In this document: piece by piece, positions 39,321 to 52,131 of the stretch
Numbering within the stretch: position 1 is the stretch's first letter
Layout of the letters: each line of letters opens with the position of its first letter
Assembly: GCF_031769215.1 (NCBI RefSeq)
Contig: NW_026782083.1
Location: 1,488,001 to 1,552,000, forward strand
Direction of reading: 5' to 3'
DNA from: Ylistrum balloti
Lineage: Eukaryota
Length of the DNA stretch: 64,000 bases
Notes under the pieces: model-generated
Told to the model about the DNA's origin: nothing
Database searches by the model: none
The model's input: the letters and a program-made list of their open reading frames with translations, nothing else
Translations under genes and position numbers: made by a program

Positions 39321-40217
39321 CTAAACTACCTGGATTAAAGCATATTGTAATAAATCTGCATATATTAATAACATCACATCTACATGTTAATTTACTTCAC
39401 AATTTGTCACATATAATCTTGATTAATAAGCTTGAGCAAGCAATCATTATTACTTCATAAGTTGATTTATTTCTTGATTATATAATATAGTTAAACATAC
39501 AAAATGGCAATATTACATTTACAAATAGCTTCCATCAATACTTTGACAAAAACACAACCTTCTAAAGAAGTTGAGCTAGTATTCCTGTAAGTCATGCATT
39601 ACACATTCCTTTAATTTATTGATAATTGTTTTTCTTTATTACAAAAATTGTTTAAAAACACATACAATAGTTAAATCTGTGTAGCCTGCACAATTTGACA
39701 GAAAATGCTGCATAATGATTTAACTGACATACAATTCTGAAATTTCTTTCAAAAGTCTTGATGTGTTAACTTCACAAGTGTTTCTTTTGACAAATACCTT
39801 AAGTGTTTCACATCACAATGAAATAAGACTACAGTTGTTTACATGATGTAAGATAGCTTAAAACAGTACATGTTGACATGTGATCATTCATAAATATTCA
39901 AACCATGATTGTACGACTACAAACACAGCATGAACAATCCGATATCCAAAGTTCTGTATGTAATATTTTACTGAAATAATATCAGAAGAGCACCACACAT
40001 AATCAAGTAGACACACACATAGGGCAGTACAACACAATGTTAAGGTAAATGACAATGCTTATTGTAAATGCATATTTGTCCCCAGGCAAGCAGTCCATAG
40101 GATTTATTACACATTTGTTACAGTACTCAATGTCTTGGTATGATTAAAGCCATGTTATTCTCAGTCCTGCTTAAGCTCTGGAATTATAAGGTGGACAGTA
40201 ATAAAATCAGTGTCAGT

Positions 40218-40417
40218 TAAATGTTTTACAGTCAATGTCACTAAATGTTTTACAGTCAATGTCACTAAATGTTTTACAGTCAATGTCACTAAATGTTTTA
40301 CAGTCAATGTCACTAAATGTTTTACAGTCAATGTCACTAAATGTTTTACAGTCAATGTCACTAAATGTTTTACAGTCAATGTCACTAAATGTTTTACAGT
40401 CAATGTCACTAAATGTT
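40218..40417. repeat. 24-bp near-perfect minisatellite, about 8 copies
   Basis: Unit AAATGTTTTACAGTCAATGTCACT. Confidence 0.95.
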
Positions 40418-41355
40418 TGCATATTGTTACTTAACTGTACTGAATAATTCTTGACGATCAGTGTGATATTCTTACGGCAATAACCTACATTCAACATCTT
40501 CAGCTTAAATGATGAGAGTTTTACTGGAATCTGTACAGCAAAGGATGGTGTTAAAACAGAAAATGATCTATTACTTTTAATATGTTTTTAATGATATTTA
40601 CTCGTAGTAAAACCTTACTATTGCAGCCAACACAAGTATGGATGCCATTTACCCAGCCAGGGTTTTATGTACGTAACTTTTTTCTGTTACTCCATGCACA
40701 CTGCATCGAATTAAAGCAGACTCTGACCTCGTATCTAGCAGATTATTTGGGCGAAGTTGTATTTCTTCATGAAGGAATCATTCATTAAATACACAAATAT
40801 CCGATGTTATATCAGTAGGATGTAAAAATTTGAGTGGACTAGTGCTATAACATCATAAATGCTCTTGACCTTTGCATCGATTGCAAAGTCTTAGATGGTC
40901 TTTCAAATGGATATATAGCAGTTTCATTGGTGAATTGTTGATTTTCATGATGAAAATATTCCGAAACGATGATGGGCACAATTTAAGTGATTTTGGTGTT
41001 ATATTTGCACATTCATTTTTTCTCTGAACTGATGTGTGTTAACAAATTGCACTTCTAAAGATTATATATCATTAAAAATTCATTGCTTTTACATTATATA
41101 AATGGTTGAATCCTGAGTTTTTTTTCCCTTGTACTTATTCACTATTGATCACTACACTATGTGCTCACACTAGATCACTGTACAGTTGTCTGTATGGTGA
41201 ACAGCACAAGCCACTAAAATTGTACAGAATATTCCACACACCACAAAAGCTTTTTGGTACAGAAATTGTGCAGCATGTTTTCACCATGTTTCTTTAAACA
41301 TCAGTACCAGATCACTCTGACCAGTCTGCAGATTTCAGGCCTTTGGAGATAGAAG

Positions 41356-42354
41356 TCATATAGATTTATCATAACTTTCTTCATCAGAACTCCAGGAACG
41401 TAGAGATAATGTTCCAGCGCCGGAATAATCTGGATGTCGTCTCGACTTCCCAGGAAATTCAATGGGTGATGGTTTCGTGTTGGCGAGAACATCCTCTTGT
41501 GTGAGATTGATATCAGAACCCTGTGAGCCAGCAGAACTTGCCAAACTACCATCACCCTTGGCAAAAAAGGCTCTTTGGATCTCCGAGTCAAGGAAACAGA
41601 AACACAGGGACCCAGCTAGACCGATCACACCCCAAGATGACACTACAATGAGGTCATGTGTTTTGTGTTCAAATTCACGAATTGAAATGGCAATTTCCGC
41701 AAGTAGTGAAACCACGATAAAACCAGTCACAAGATTATTTTTCTCTTTAATGTTAGGCACATGTCCCGACAGAATAAGAAGGGTTTCTGGACGTTCCCAG
41801 CACATATAGAAATAATTAGCACAGAGGAAAAACAATGCTCCCACAAGCAGGAATACATGATCCACAAATTCATAGATATTGAGAATGTGTGCTGTACCTC
41901 CTCGCCAGCACTCGTCAGTTTTGTAAAAGTCAGGAGAGCAAAAGGACACTCCATAAAAGAGAATAGGCATGACGGGAGCACACCAGTTGATTACACACAA
42001 GAAACTTGTGCATCTTCCTCCCATACCATCAGACTTTGTTTTGAGCACAGTATAGTAATATCCAGCGATAATGGCAATCCTGATCCAGGCTAAACAGGTG
42101 GTCACTTCAATACACAGGCGAAGAGTCCAGCACAGGACATTGTTGTCCTCTAGTGGAAAATTGTAGCAGATTTCAAAAATGAGACGGAAAAAGTATTGTA
42201 GTAATGTCCATACAAATATCATTTTCATCTGTTGATATCGAAATCCAATTAAGCGCCTGGAACACCTACACAAAATGGCCAAACTGACCATTTGTATAAA
42301 TGAAACCAGTATAAGGAAGACATAACTGACCACGCTATACCACTGAAGAATCAT
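41356..42354 (-). CDS. Intronless divergent 7TM receptor, class B (secretin-family)-like, 332 aa, lacking an extracellular hormone-binding domain
   Basis: Seven hydrophobic segments. TM4 INWCAP (cf. IGWGxP), TM3 Cys and ECL2 DECW, TM7-helix 8 GLAGSLCFCFLDSEIQRAF (cf. QGFFVxxxYCFLNxEVQ). The ATG is in a GCCATG context with an in-frame TAG 18 nt upstream. Confidence 0.75.
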   Translation of the reverse strand: MILQWYSVVSYVFLILVSFIQMVSLAILCRCSRRLIGFRYQQMKMIFVWTLLQYFFRLIFEICYNFPLEDNNVLCWTLRLCIEVTTCLAWIRIAIIAGYYYTVLKTKSDGMGGRCTSFLCVINWCAPVMPILFYGVSFCSPDFYKTDECWRGGTAHILNIYEFVDHVFLLVGALFFLCANYFYMCWERPETLLILSGHVPNIKEKNNLVTGFIVVSLLAEIAISIREFEHKTHDLIVVSSWGVIGLAGSLCFCFLDSEIQRAFFAKGDGSLASSAGSQGSDINLTQEDVLANTKPSPIEFPGKSRRHPDYSGAGTLSLRSWSSDEESYDKSI

Positions 42355-43645
42355 GGCTACAAGTAGTCGCTACAGATATCCCAGTTTGTAACTATTAATT
42401 AGGACGTTATGGTCTGACAGTCCAACACTTCCACAGTGTGGTACAGCAACAACGCTAACTTCTCTGCTGGGCTTGTATAACAGATGTATCTGGTTGATCC
42501 AGTGTACAACGAACGACATGCATATTTTATGAGTAAACAGAGAACAGCAGTACAGTTCTGTAATGTTGAGAAGTAGCCAGAATCAATATGTGTGGTATCA
42601 CTGCACTTGTCAACAGTAAACACCCTCCATCACGCCTCACTGACCCAGCTTGTACTGTTGAGTCGTATACATGTTCATGAAAAATTAATGCTGTTTTATG
42701 TCATCACATTGTCCCTGTACTTACAGTAGCTGTGACCATCTGAAGCTGACCGGAATAACGTCCGATACCACCTCCGATATAACATCTAGGAACCATACAT
42801 ATCATTCATTATCCCGTAGCGGTCTTAGACAGGATGCCGTGTGTGTGCTGGCATGTAGAATATTCCAGTGCCTGATTTTAGCATAATTGATGCTTATGAC
42901 GTCAAAAGCAGCCTATTAACTGTGTACGGGCAATTTTTACACCGGTGCCAACTCGCCCCGGATCAATAACTCGTGTCTTCGTAACGACTTGGCGTTACCA
43001 GCAATTTTTAAACATCGTCATGAACTGGTACCAAGACTATTCAGATCAGATACGTATTGTATCCTACGGGATTTTTCTGTGCCAGTTAAACGCGATACAT
43101 AAGCTCACGACTAGTCCAGTTCGTGCGTTATGACACCTAACTATACGGTTCCGGTGTTCACAGATTGTCGGATTATTCAGGGTCAGTATTTGAAACTGAA
43201 ATGGGTTTCGCTAATCAGGGATATTTTCACATTATATCTATGGACTAATTTTGTTTTCTCGTTATTTTTTGCCAAATATTGTTGATGACACGTGATACTT
43301 CTAAAATCAATGTAGATAATTGTACCTCTTGGCGCCCGTCATTATGAACTATGTAGATTTTACACTGACTACGGTTTCAGCTTTAGGGTTGAGTTCTCTC
43401 CGATTTATGTCCCATCATTTTAATATTGGGGACGTAGTGTTGTCCTCGGTTAGTGCTCAGTTACAATTTCTTGAGTTGTGACATATAACTTCCAAAACAA
43501 AATTAATAAGTAAAATGTTCATAAAACGGGAAGAACAATATTGGAGAGCCTTGACTGACTCCAGTGGGAATAACTAGGTGAAATACAATACAGAAGCTTC
43601 ATTTTCAGTTTATTTACCATAGCCTTCGAAGACAGAAACTGAACT

Positions 43646-44823
43646 TTCAGATTCTTTACATCGTAGATTCTGCAGGCAGAACTTTAATTTTCAGATTCTT
43701 TATAATAGATTCTGCAGACAGATCTTTAATTTTCAGATTCTTTACCATAGATTCTGCAGACAGAACTTTAATTTTCAGATTCCTTCCCATAGATTTTGCA
43801 GACAGCTTTTTAATTTTCAGATTCCTTCCCATACATTCTGCAGACAGAACTTTAATTTTCAGATTTCTTCCCATAGATTCTGCAGACAGAACTTTAATTT
43901 TCAGATTTCTTCCCATACATTCTGCAGACAGCTTTTTAATTTTCAGATTCCTTCCCATACATTCTGCAGACAGAACTTTAATTTTCAGATTTCTTCCCAT
44001 ACATTCTGCAGACAGAACTTTAATTTTCAGATTTCTTCCCATACATTCTGCAGACAGAACTTTAATTTTCAGATTCCTTCCCATACATTCTGCAGACAGA
44101 ACTTTAATTTTCAGATTTCTTCCCATACATTCTGCAGACAGAACTTTAATTTTCAGATTTCTTCCCATACATTCTGCAATCAGAACTTTAATTTTCAGAT
44201 TCTTTACCATAGATTCTGCAGACAGAACTTTAATTTTCAGATTTCTTCCCATACATTCTGCAGACAGAACTTTAATTTTCAGAATCTTTACCATAGATTC
44301 TGCCGACAGAACTTTAATTTTCAGATTTCTTCCCATAGATTTTGCAGACAGCTTTTTAATTTTCAGATTCCTTCCCATACATTCTGCAGACAGAACATTA
44401 ATTTTCAGATTCCTTCCCATACATTCTGCAGACAGAACTTTAATTTTCAGATTTCTTCCCATACATTCTGCAGACAGAACTTTAATTTTCAGATTTCTTC
44501 CCATACATTCTGCAGACAGAACTTTAATTTTCAGATTCTTTACCATAGATTCTGCAGACAGAACTTTAATTTTCAGATTTCTTCCCATACATTCTGCAGA
44601 CAGAACTTTAATTTTCAGAATCTTTACCATACATTCTGCAGACAGAACTTTAATTTTCAGATTTCTTCCCATACATTCTGCAGACAGAACTTTAATTTTC
44701 AGATTCTTTACCATAGATTCTGCCGACAGAACGTTAATTATCATATTCTTTACCATAGATTCTGCCGACAGAACTTTAATTTTCAGAATCTTTACCATAG
44801 ATTCTGCAGACAGAACTTTAATT
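43646..44823. repeat. 42-bp minisatellite, about 28 copies
   Basis: Unit TTTTCAGATTTCTTCCCATACATTCTGCAGACAGAACTTTAA. The minus frame reads (LKIKVLSAECMGRN)n. Confidence 0.95.
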
Positions 44824-45039
44824 TTATTTAATCATTTATTTGGTGATATCACTATAATTGTTAGGTGATGTCGGTTTATCATAAAGTGGCATCATAACAA
44901 CGAATGAGTTATAACCTGTTATCAATTATGAGATAAAGACTCCAAAAAACCATGCTCGACTGTCAATCAATTGTTTTTTTCAGTTGTGATCCGTACGTAG
45001 TGCGCTTCAAGATGACATAAAATTGTTGGAATGAATGAC

Positions 45040-48000
45040 TTAGTAGTAACATATCGGCCTCCGTCAGACCTCACTATTACTTAGTGTTAACCTATCGGCC
45101 TCCGTCGGACCTCACTGTTACTTAGTAGTAACATATCGGCCTCCGTCCAACCTCACTATTACTTAGTAGTAACATATCAGCCTCCGTCCAACCTCACTAT
45201 TACTTAGTAGTAACATATCGGCCTCCGTCCAACCTCACTATAACTTAGTATTAACATATCAGCCTCCGTCCAACCTCACTATTACTTAGTAGTAACATAT
45301 CAGCCTCCGTCCAACCTCACTATTACTTAGTAGTAACATATCGGCCTCCGTCCAACCTCACTATTACTTAGTAACATATCGGCCTCCGCCGGACCTCACT
45401 ATTACTTAGTTGTAACATATCGGCCTCCGTCGGACCTCACTATTACTTAGTAGTAACATATCAGCCTCCGTCCAACCTAACTATTACTTAGTAGTAACAT
45501 ATCGGCCTCCGTCGAACGTCACTGTTATTTAATATTAACATATCGACCTCCGTCGGACCTCACTATTACTTAGTAGTAACATATCAGCTTCCGTCCAACC
45601 TAACTATTACTTAGTAGTAATATATCGGCCTCCGTCCAACCTCACTATTACTTAGTAGTAACATATCAGCCTCCTTCAGACCTCACTATTACTTAGTAGT
45701 AACATATCAGTCTCCGTCCGACCCCACTGTTACTTTGTAGTAACATATCAGTCTCCGTCGGACCTCACTATTACTTAGTAACATATCGGCGTCCGTCCAA
45801 ACTCACTATTACTTAGTATTAACATATCAGCCTCCGTCGGACCTCACTATTACTTAGTAGTAACATATCAGCCTCCGTCCAACAGTATTAACATATCGGC
45901 CTCCGTCGGACCTCACTATTACTTAGTAGTAACATATCAGCCTCCGTCGGACCTCACTGTTACTTAGTATTAACATATCAGCCTCCGTCCAACCACATTG
46001 TTACTTAATATTAACATATCAGCCTCCGTCCAACCTCACTGTTACTAAGTATTAACATATCAGCCTCCGTCCAACCTCATTGTTACTTAATATTAACATA
46101 TCAGCCTCCGTCCAACCTCACTGTTACTTAGTAGTAACATATCAGCCTCCGTCCAACAGTATTAACATATCGGCCTCCGTCGGACCTCACTATTACTTAG
46201 TAGTAACTCACTGTTAACTTAGTAGTAACATATCTATTACTTAGTAACATATCCTCCGTCGGTCCTGTTTCTTAGTAGTAACATATCAGCCTCCGTCGGA
46301 CCTCACTATTACTTAGTAGTAACATATCGGTCTCCGTCCAACCTCACTATTACTTAGTATTAACATATCAGCCTCCGTCCAACAGTATTAACATATCGGC
46401 CTCCGTCGGACCTCACTATTACTTAGTAATATAGCATATCAGCCTCCGTCCAACCTCACTATTACTTAGTAGTAACATATCAGCCTCCGTCGGACCTCAC
46501 TGTTACTTAGTATTAACATATCAGCCTCCGTCCAACCACATTGTTACTTAATATTAACATATCAGCCTCCGTCCAATCCACTGTTACTTAGTATTAACAT
46601 ATACCTCACTGCCTCCGTCCAACCTAACATTGTCGGACTTCACTATTACTTAACACATATCAGCCTCCGTCCAACCTCACTATTACTTAGTAGTAACATA
46701 TCAGCCTCCGTCGGACCTCACTATTACTCACTGTTAGTAGTAACATATCGTATTAACATATCAGCCTCCGTCCAACTCACTGTTACTTAGTATTAACATA
46801 TCAGCCTCCGTCCAACCTCACTATTACTTAGTATTAACATATCAGCCTCCGTCCAACCTCACTGTTACTTAGTATTAACATATAGCCTATTAACATATCA
46901 GCCTCCGTCGGACCTCACTATTCCGCCTCCGGACCTCACTGTTCAGTATTAACATATCAGCCTCCGTCGGACCTCACTGTTACTTAGTAGTAACATATCG
47001 GCCTCCGTCCAACCTTACTATTACTTTGTATTAACATATCAGCCTCCGTCGGACCTCACTATTACTTAGTAGTAACATATCGGCCTCCGTCCAACCTCAC
47101 TATTACTTAGTGTTAACATATCAGCCTCCGTCGGACCTCACTGTTACTTAGTAGTAACATATCAGCCTCCGTCCAACCTCACTGTTACGTAGTAGTAACA
47201 TATCAGCCTCCGTCCAACCTCACTATTACTTAGTATTAACATATCAGCCTCCGTCCAACCTCACTATTACTTAGTAGTAACATATCCGACTCCGTCGGAC
47301 CTCACTATTACTTAGTAGTAACATATCCGCCTCCGTCGGACCTCACTGTTTCTTAGTATTAACATTACTCCGTCCAACCTCACTGTTACTTAGTTTTAAC
47401 ATATCAGCCTCCGTCGGACCTCACTATTACTTAGTAGTAACATATCAGCCTCCTATTCGGACCTCACTGTTACTTAGTATTAACATATAGCCTCCGTCCA
47501 ACCTCACTATTACTTAGTAGTAACAGCCTCCGTACCTCACTATTACTTAGTATTAACATATCAGCCTCCGTCGGACCTCACTATTACTTAGTAGTAACAT
47601 ATCAGCCTCCGTCCAACCTCACTGTTACTTAGTATTAACATATCAGTAACCTCGGCCTCCCAACCTCACTGTTACTTAGTAGTAACATATCAATACCTCA
47701 TTGTTACTTAATATTAACATATCAGCCTCCGTCCAACCTCACTGTTACTTAGTAGTAACATATCAGTCTCCGTCGGACCTCACTATTACTTAGTAGTAAC
47801 ATATCGGCGTCCGTCCAAACTCACTATTACTTAGTATTAACATATCAGTCTCCGTCGGACCTCACTATTTCTTAGTAGTAACATCGGCCTCCGTCGGACC
47901 TCACTGTTTCTTAGTAGTAACATATCAGCCTCCGTCGGACCTCACTATTACTTAGTAGTAACATATCGGTCTCCGTCCAACCTCACTATTACTTAGTGTT

Positions 48001-48597
48001 AACATATCAGCCTCCGTCCAACAGTATTAACATATCGGCCTCCGTCGGACCTCACTATTACTTAGTAGTAACATATCAGCCTCCGTCCAACCTCACTATT
48101 ACTTAGTATTAACATATCAGCCTCCGTCGGACCTCACTGTTACTTAGTATTAACATATCAGCCTCCGTCCAATCCACTGTTACTTAGTATTAACATACCA
48201 GCCTCCGTCCAACCTCATTGTTACTTAATATTAACATATCAGCCTCCGTCCAACCTCACTTTTACTTAGTAGTAACATATCGGCGTCCGTCCAAACTCAC
48301 TATTACTTAGTATTAACATATCAGTCTCCGTCGGACCTCACTATTACTTAGTAGTAACATATCGGCCTCCGTCGGACCTCACTGTTTCTTAGTAGTAACA
48401 TATCAGCCTCCGTCGGACCTCACTATTACTTAGTAGTAACATATCGGTCTCCGTCCAACCTCACTATTACTAAGTATTAACATATCAGCCTCCGTCCGAT
48501 CTCACTATTACTTAGTAGTAACATATCGGCCTCCGTCGGACCTCACTATTACTTAGTAGTAACATATCAGCCTCCGTCCAACCTCACTATTACTAAA
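45040..48597. repeat. 41-bp satellite array, about 3.5 kb (roughly 85 monomers)
   Basis: Unit TAACATATC(A/G)GCCTCCGTC(CA/GG)ACCTCACT(A/G)TTACTTAGTA(G/T). The central part (46200-47700) has scrambled monomers. Confidence 0.97.
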
Positions 48598-49614
48598 TCA
48601 CTTTCTAAGTCCCCTGCCGGTGTAACCGGAGGGAACTATATTGTTTGTCATCGTCGTCTGACAATTCGGATTGTTGCTAGATGATGACGTAAGTAAGGCA
48701 TGGCCGATCAGGTTGAAACTTGAGACAATGTTAGGATACTAGAAAACCTAGTGTGGGATTGTGTTTTGGGACAAAAGATCTACAAGGAATTGTCAGCAGG
48801 ATGTGTGCTTGCAAAGCTTGCTTAAACTTTGTTTTAGTAGTGACACACAAGCCTCCAAAGGCTCTCACTATTTTCACTTTTATTAAGTAGTAACATACCA
48901 GCAATTCAAATGTCCAGCTATTCCGGAATCTGTTCAGTTGTCAAGACTTTCCATTAGAATTTTACAAAATACTCACAAGAGAATAGCACGTTTGAATATG
49001 ATTTATTATTAGATACATTAGAGCTGAACTTTTATCCGTCCATTACTCTTCAGCAGGGTAAGGGCCTGAAATGTTGAAACCTAAGAGGCGGCTGAGTTAA
49101 AAAAAATTGATTGGTCGAAAGAAATGGCAAAATCTAGACTCGGAGTACACGAGCTCCATACTTCACTAACATCATGATTTTCAAATATCGGATTATTTCA
49201 AACGAACTTTGAACGTAGCATGAATACTGTTTATTTGGTTTGGAATTCCAAGCTACTATATTTTTTAAACTTGATGACATTTCTTCTTTACACTACCGGT
49301 CTGGATGGCATTTAAGAGTCTCAATGATTCAATAAGTGCCGGTGGCCTTATTCCTGGAACTACCGTTCTATATTTATAAATGAATTAAAGGTGACGACGT
49401 GCTTTATTTAGTATATAATTATTTCAGTTTTATTTTAAGATAATTTATTATTTAGATATTGTCATGACCATTTCCTACACAAGGCCAGTTATTGGTGTAT
49501 AATGAACCCTGTTGTAACAGTAAGAGGTGTTCTCGGAGAATACGGAGTGTCTCGTTATCCTTTGTTAACTACACTTTGATGAAAGTTTGATCAACTTGTC
49601 GCTACAAACCCAAT

Positions 49615-49715
49615 GGTCTCACTGTAGGAGGAAACCGGATTACCCCGAGAAACCCATGTGTCGGGAAGGTGGTTTTGTTCCTAATCACATTTGAATGTGG
49701 AATTGAACTCTATTC
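49615..49715 (-). mobile_element. Second V-domain-like SINE remnant
   Basis: Plus-strand GGAGGAAACCGGATTACCCCGAGAAACCCATG followed by GGAATTGAACTC (reverse B-box), similar to 52390-52420. A more decayed copy lies at about 2965-3000. Confidence 0.55.
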
Positions 49716-50331
49716 CTTCATTATTACATTGTGATCAGGGAAAGCACAATCTGCAGACGTCAATCTACATAGAAGAATGTTTTAAGGGAATGCTTTTCTT
49801 GAGATGAATCCTCGGCTAGAATTGTGGATTAAATACTTGGTGTAGGACTTAAACTAGCAAATCACATTGCTATCATAGGCTAACTCATGACGTTTAACAA
49901 GCTATATATTAGAAAACAATTGAACGATCCTATTAAAATGCCGTTTAAGTAAGGACTGATGACCTGGAACTATCGTGTTATTTTATAAAAGAAAACAAGA
50001 TTACGAAATGTTATATTTAGAATTTCAGTTACATTATAAGACTATTTTAGATTGACATGACAAGGCTATCGGTGTATATATGTAAATCAACCATATGGCA
50101 CTATATTGATCTATGTATACTGTTCAACAGCACTTCCTTGTGTTCAACACTGTGTAAATCGAATTTGCCACCATTTCAAACACTGAGAAACTCGTAAACT
50201 ATATCTTTGATATTTTTGAGTACCATGTTCAGCGAGGAAATGTATTTGGTGTTCGTACACGTGTGTTGTCAGTCTAACCAAAGTTTGTGAAAGTGAAGAA
50301 AAACGAGAAATATCTTAGATGTCAACTTACA

Positions 50332-50367
50332 ATGGAGCGTGAAACTCGGGTATATACAATCAAACAG
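50332..50367 (+). CDS. Candidate first coding exon for the mini-PPP1R15 (MERETRVYTIKQ)
   Basis: acaATGG context, 12 codons ending AAA CAG|gtactt in phase 0. Splicing to 52132 gives KQVTF, which fits the RVxF consensus. The donor is only moderate, and a similar string at about 50751 suggests repeat origin. Confidence 0.35.
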
Positions 50368-52131
50368 GTACTTATAATACACTTATCGGGTACTTGAACT
50401 TCAAACTGTTTTAATTTCTCTCTTTTTTTTTCGTTCTGAACGGCCGACATGTTTTTTCTTGTTTATCGACTAACAGATACTTTCTCAAAACACAACGTCT
50501 GACTCCAAGGACTCCTATCACTTCCGTTTAAGACTTGTTTGTATCTTTGTTCAGATTTTGTCTTACGGAATCTGAAGTTCTGGATTTCACTTAGAACTAT
50601 TACACTTCAGAAATTTCTGCTTGTTCCAGCTCCTTTCCACACGCATTGATTTTGTTGGTAATTACAATAATTCATTACTAACCGAACTAATTGTCCCTTG
50701 TTAAAACTTTTGTCCGGAGCTTAACTTTGCTTTCATTTTAATCTAGAAAAATGAAACTCGGTGTATACATTGGCCATGCTTAAACATTGTGCAGTGTACA
50801 CAATTCCGAACACGCATCTTCTTAATTACAGAGTTATTACCATTTGCTAAAGTATCGTGTCCGGAATATAACTTTTCTTTTATTTAAATCTACCCCTTAA
50901 ATACAGAATTATAGCGGTTTGTTAAGGTTTTGCGTTACATAAAGTTGTTTCGGGGAACATTCATAGGTTTCATGGTACTCTTGTCTTTATTCTGCCAGAA
51001 AAAAACGTCCAACGTCATAGAGATTACATGACCAAGAGATGTAGTCAAGATGGACCAGTGGCATGTCGCTATGAACGGTTTTTACTTTCGTTAAACATAC
51101 TCTTCCAACGTCACAGAGATTTACGTGAATTGTTAGCGTGCTGGGATGTCCGTTAGATGACATTGACCCACTTTTAAAGTGCACAAAGGTTAAATTTATC
51201 GAAATTTTCTAACAATATTGATGTTTAAAGTTGTAAAACCCTTACGTGTGAATGCACGATCAGTGTTAAAAAGGGTCGACGGAATACCAGGATACTAGGG
51301 ATAATCTGGTGTACTCAACTGTGTTACCTCCCTTGACACCTGTCCACATATAACCCTGGCTATTTATTGCGAAAAAAAAAAAAAAAAAAAAAACAGAAAA
51401 AAGTATTTCTTTACCGTTTTGTTATTACTTTACATTCTGAACACATTCTTTTTGTTTTCTTGTATACATTTAGACATCGTCATTTTCTGTTAAACTATGT
51501 AATTTACATGTTGTCCAAATTCAAGGACACTGGTCGCAATATCTTTCCCAGGTGACTTCCATAGATATATGTGATATATGCATGTAGTATGGTTTTCATG
51601 TTATGATAAATGCCACAGCTTTACCGACAAACACAATATTGCGAAGTAGAATATGGTAGAATTGGCCTGCAAACTCTGATGCATTAAGAACCACTGTATG
51701 TGCCATAATAAGACAGTCTAATATTGTTGTCTTATGTTGATTATAAGTTGATTTTTAACTTTCTGAATCAGTCACTGGTAGCCCACAATGCTGACGTCAT
51801 AATGGTTACGCCCTGGATGGTATATACTGTATTATGAAGTTAACAGACAAAAGGAAACAGTAGTCCTTCCCTATTGACTATGGTCTTCAGTTAGATTTAG
51901 TACAATGCTTTGTATGCCTACTACTCATCGACCAATTCGTTCAATACATCATCCATTTCTTGTAGTGACAAGAGGTCAACTGAACTCGATGTGTTTACAA
52001 GACGGTATAAACATCTAAAACAAGGAAGAGAAACATGCATTGGTAATAAATGAAGAGTACATATAAGTAAATTACAAAAAAAATATTGCAAGGAGAATAC
52101 CTTACTTTTATTCCAAAATTATTTGTTGTAG

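Noticed and set aside
38722-40497. Repetitive ORFs from the 24/27-bp and 24-bp arrays
   Set aside because: Open frames in several phases are an arithmetic result of short stop-free units.
42372-42623. Ectodomain-coding sequence upstream of the GPCR
   Set aside because: The in-frame stretch is closed by TAG before the ATG, and none of the three frames shows the class B Cys/Trp hormone-binding pattern.
45040-48597. Regular short repeats as a CRISPR array
   Set aside because: Monomers are head-to-tail with no unique spacers, the context is eukaryotic, and there are no cas genes. The same applies to all other minisatellites here.
51367-51555. Poly-Lys ORF (KKVF) as a first exon for the mini-PPP1R15
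   Set aside because: It derives from a poly(A) tract with a TTG start and a poor donor. Similar A-tract ORFs occur at 60082-60285 and 62102-62566.
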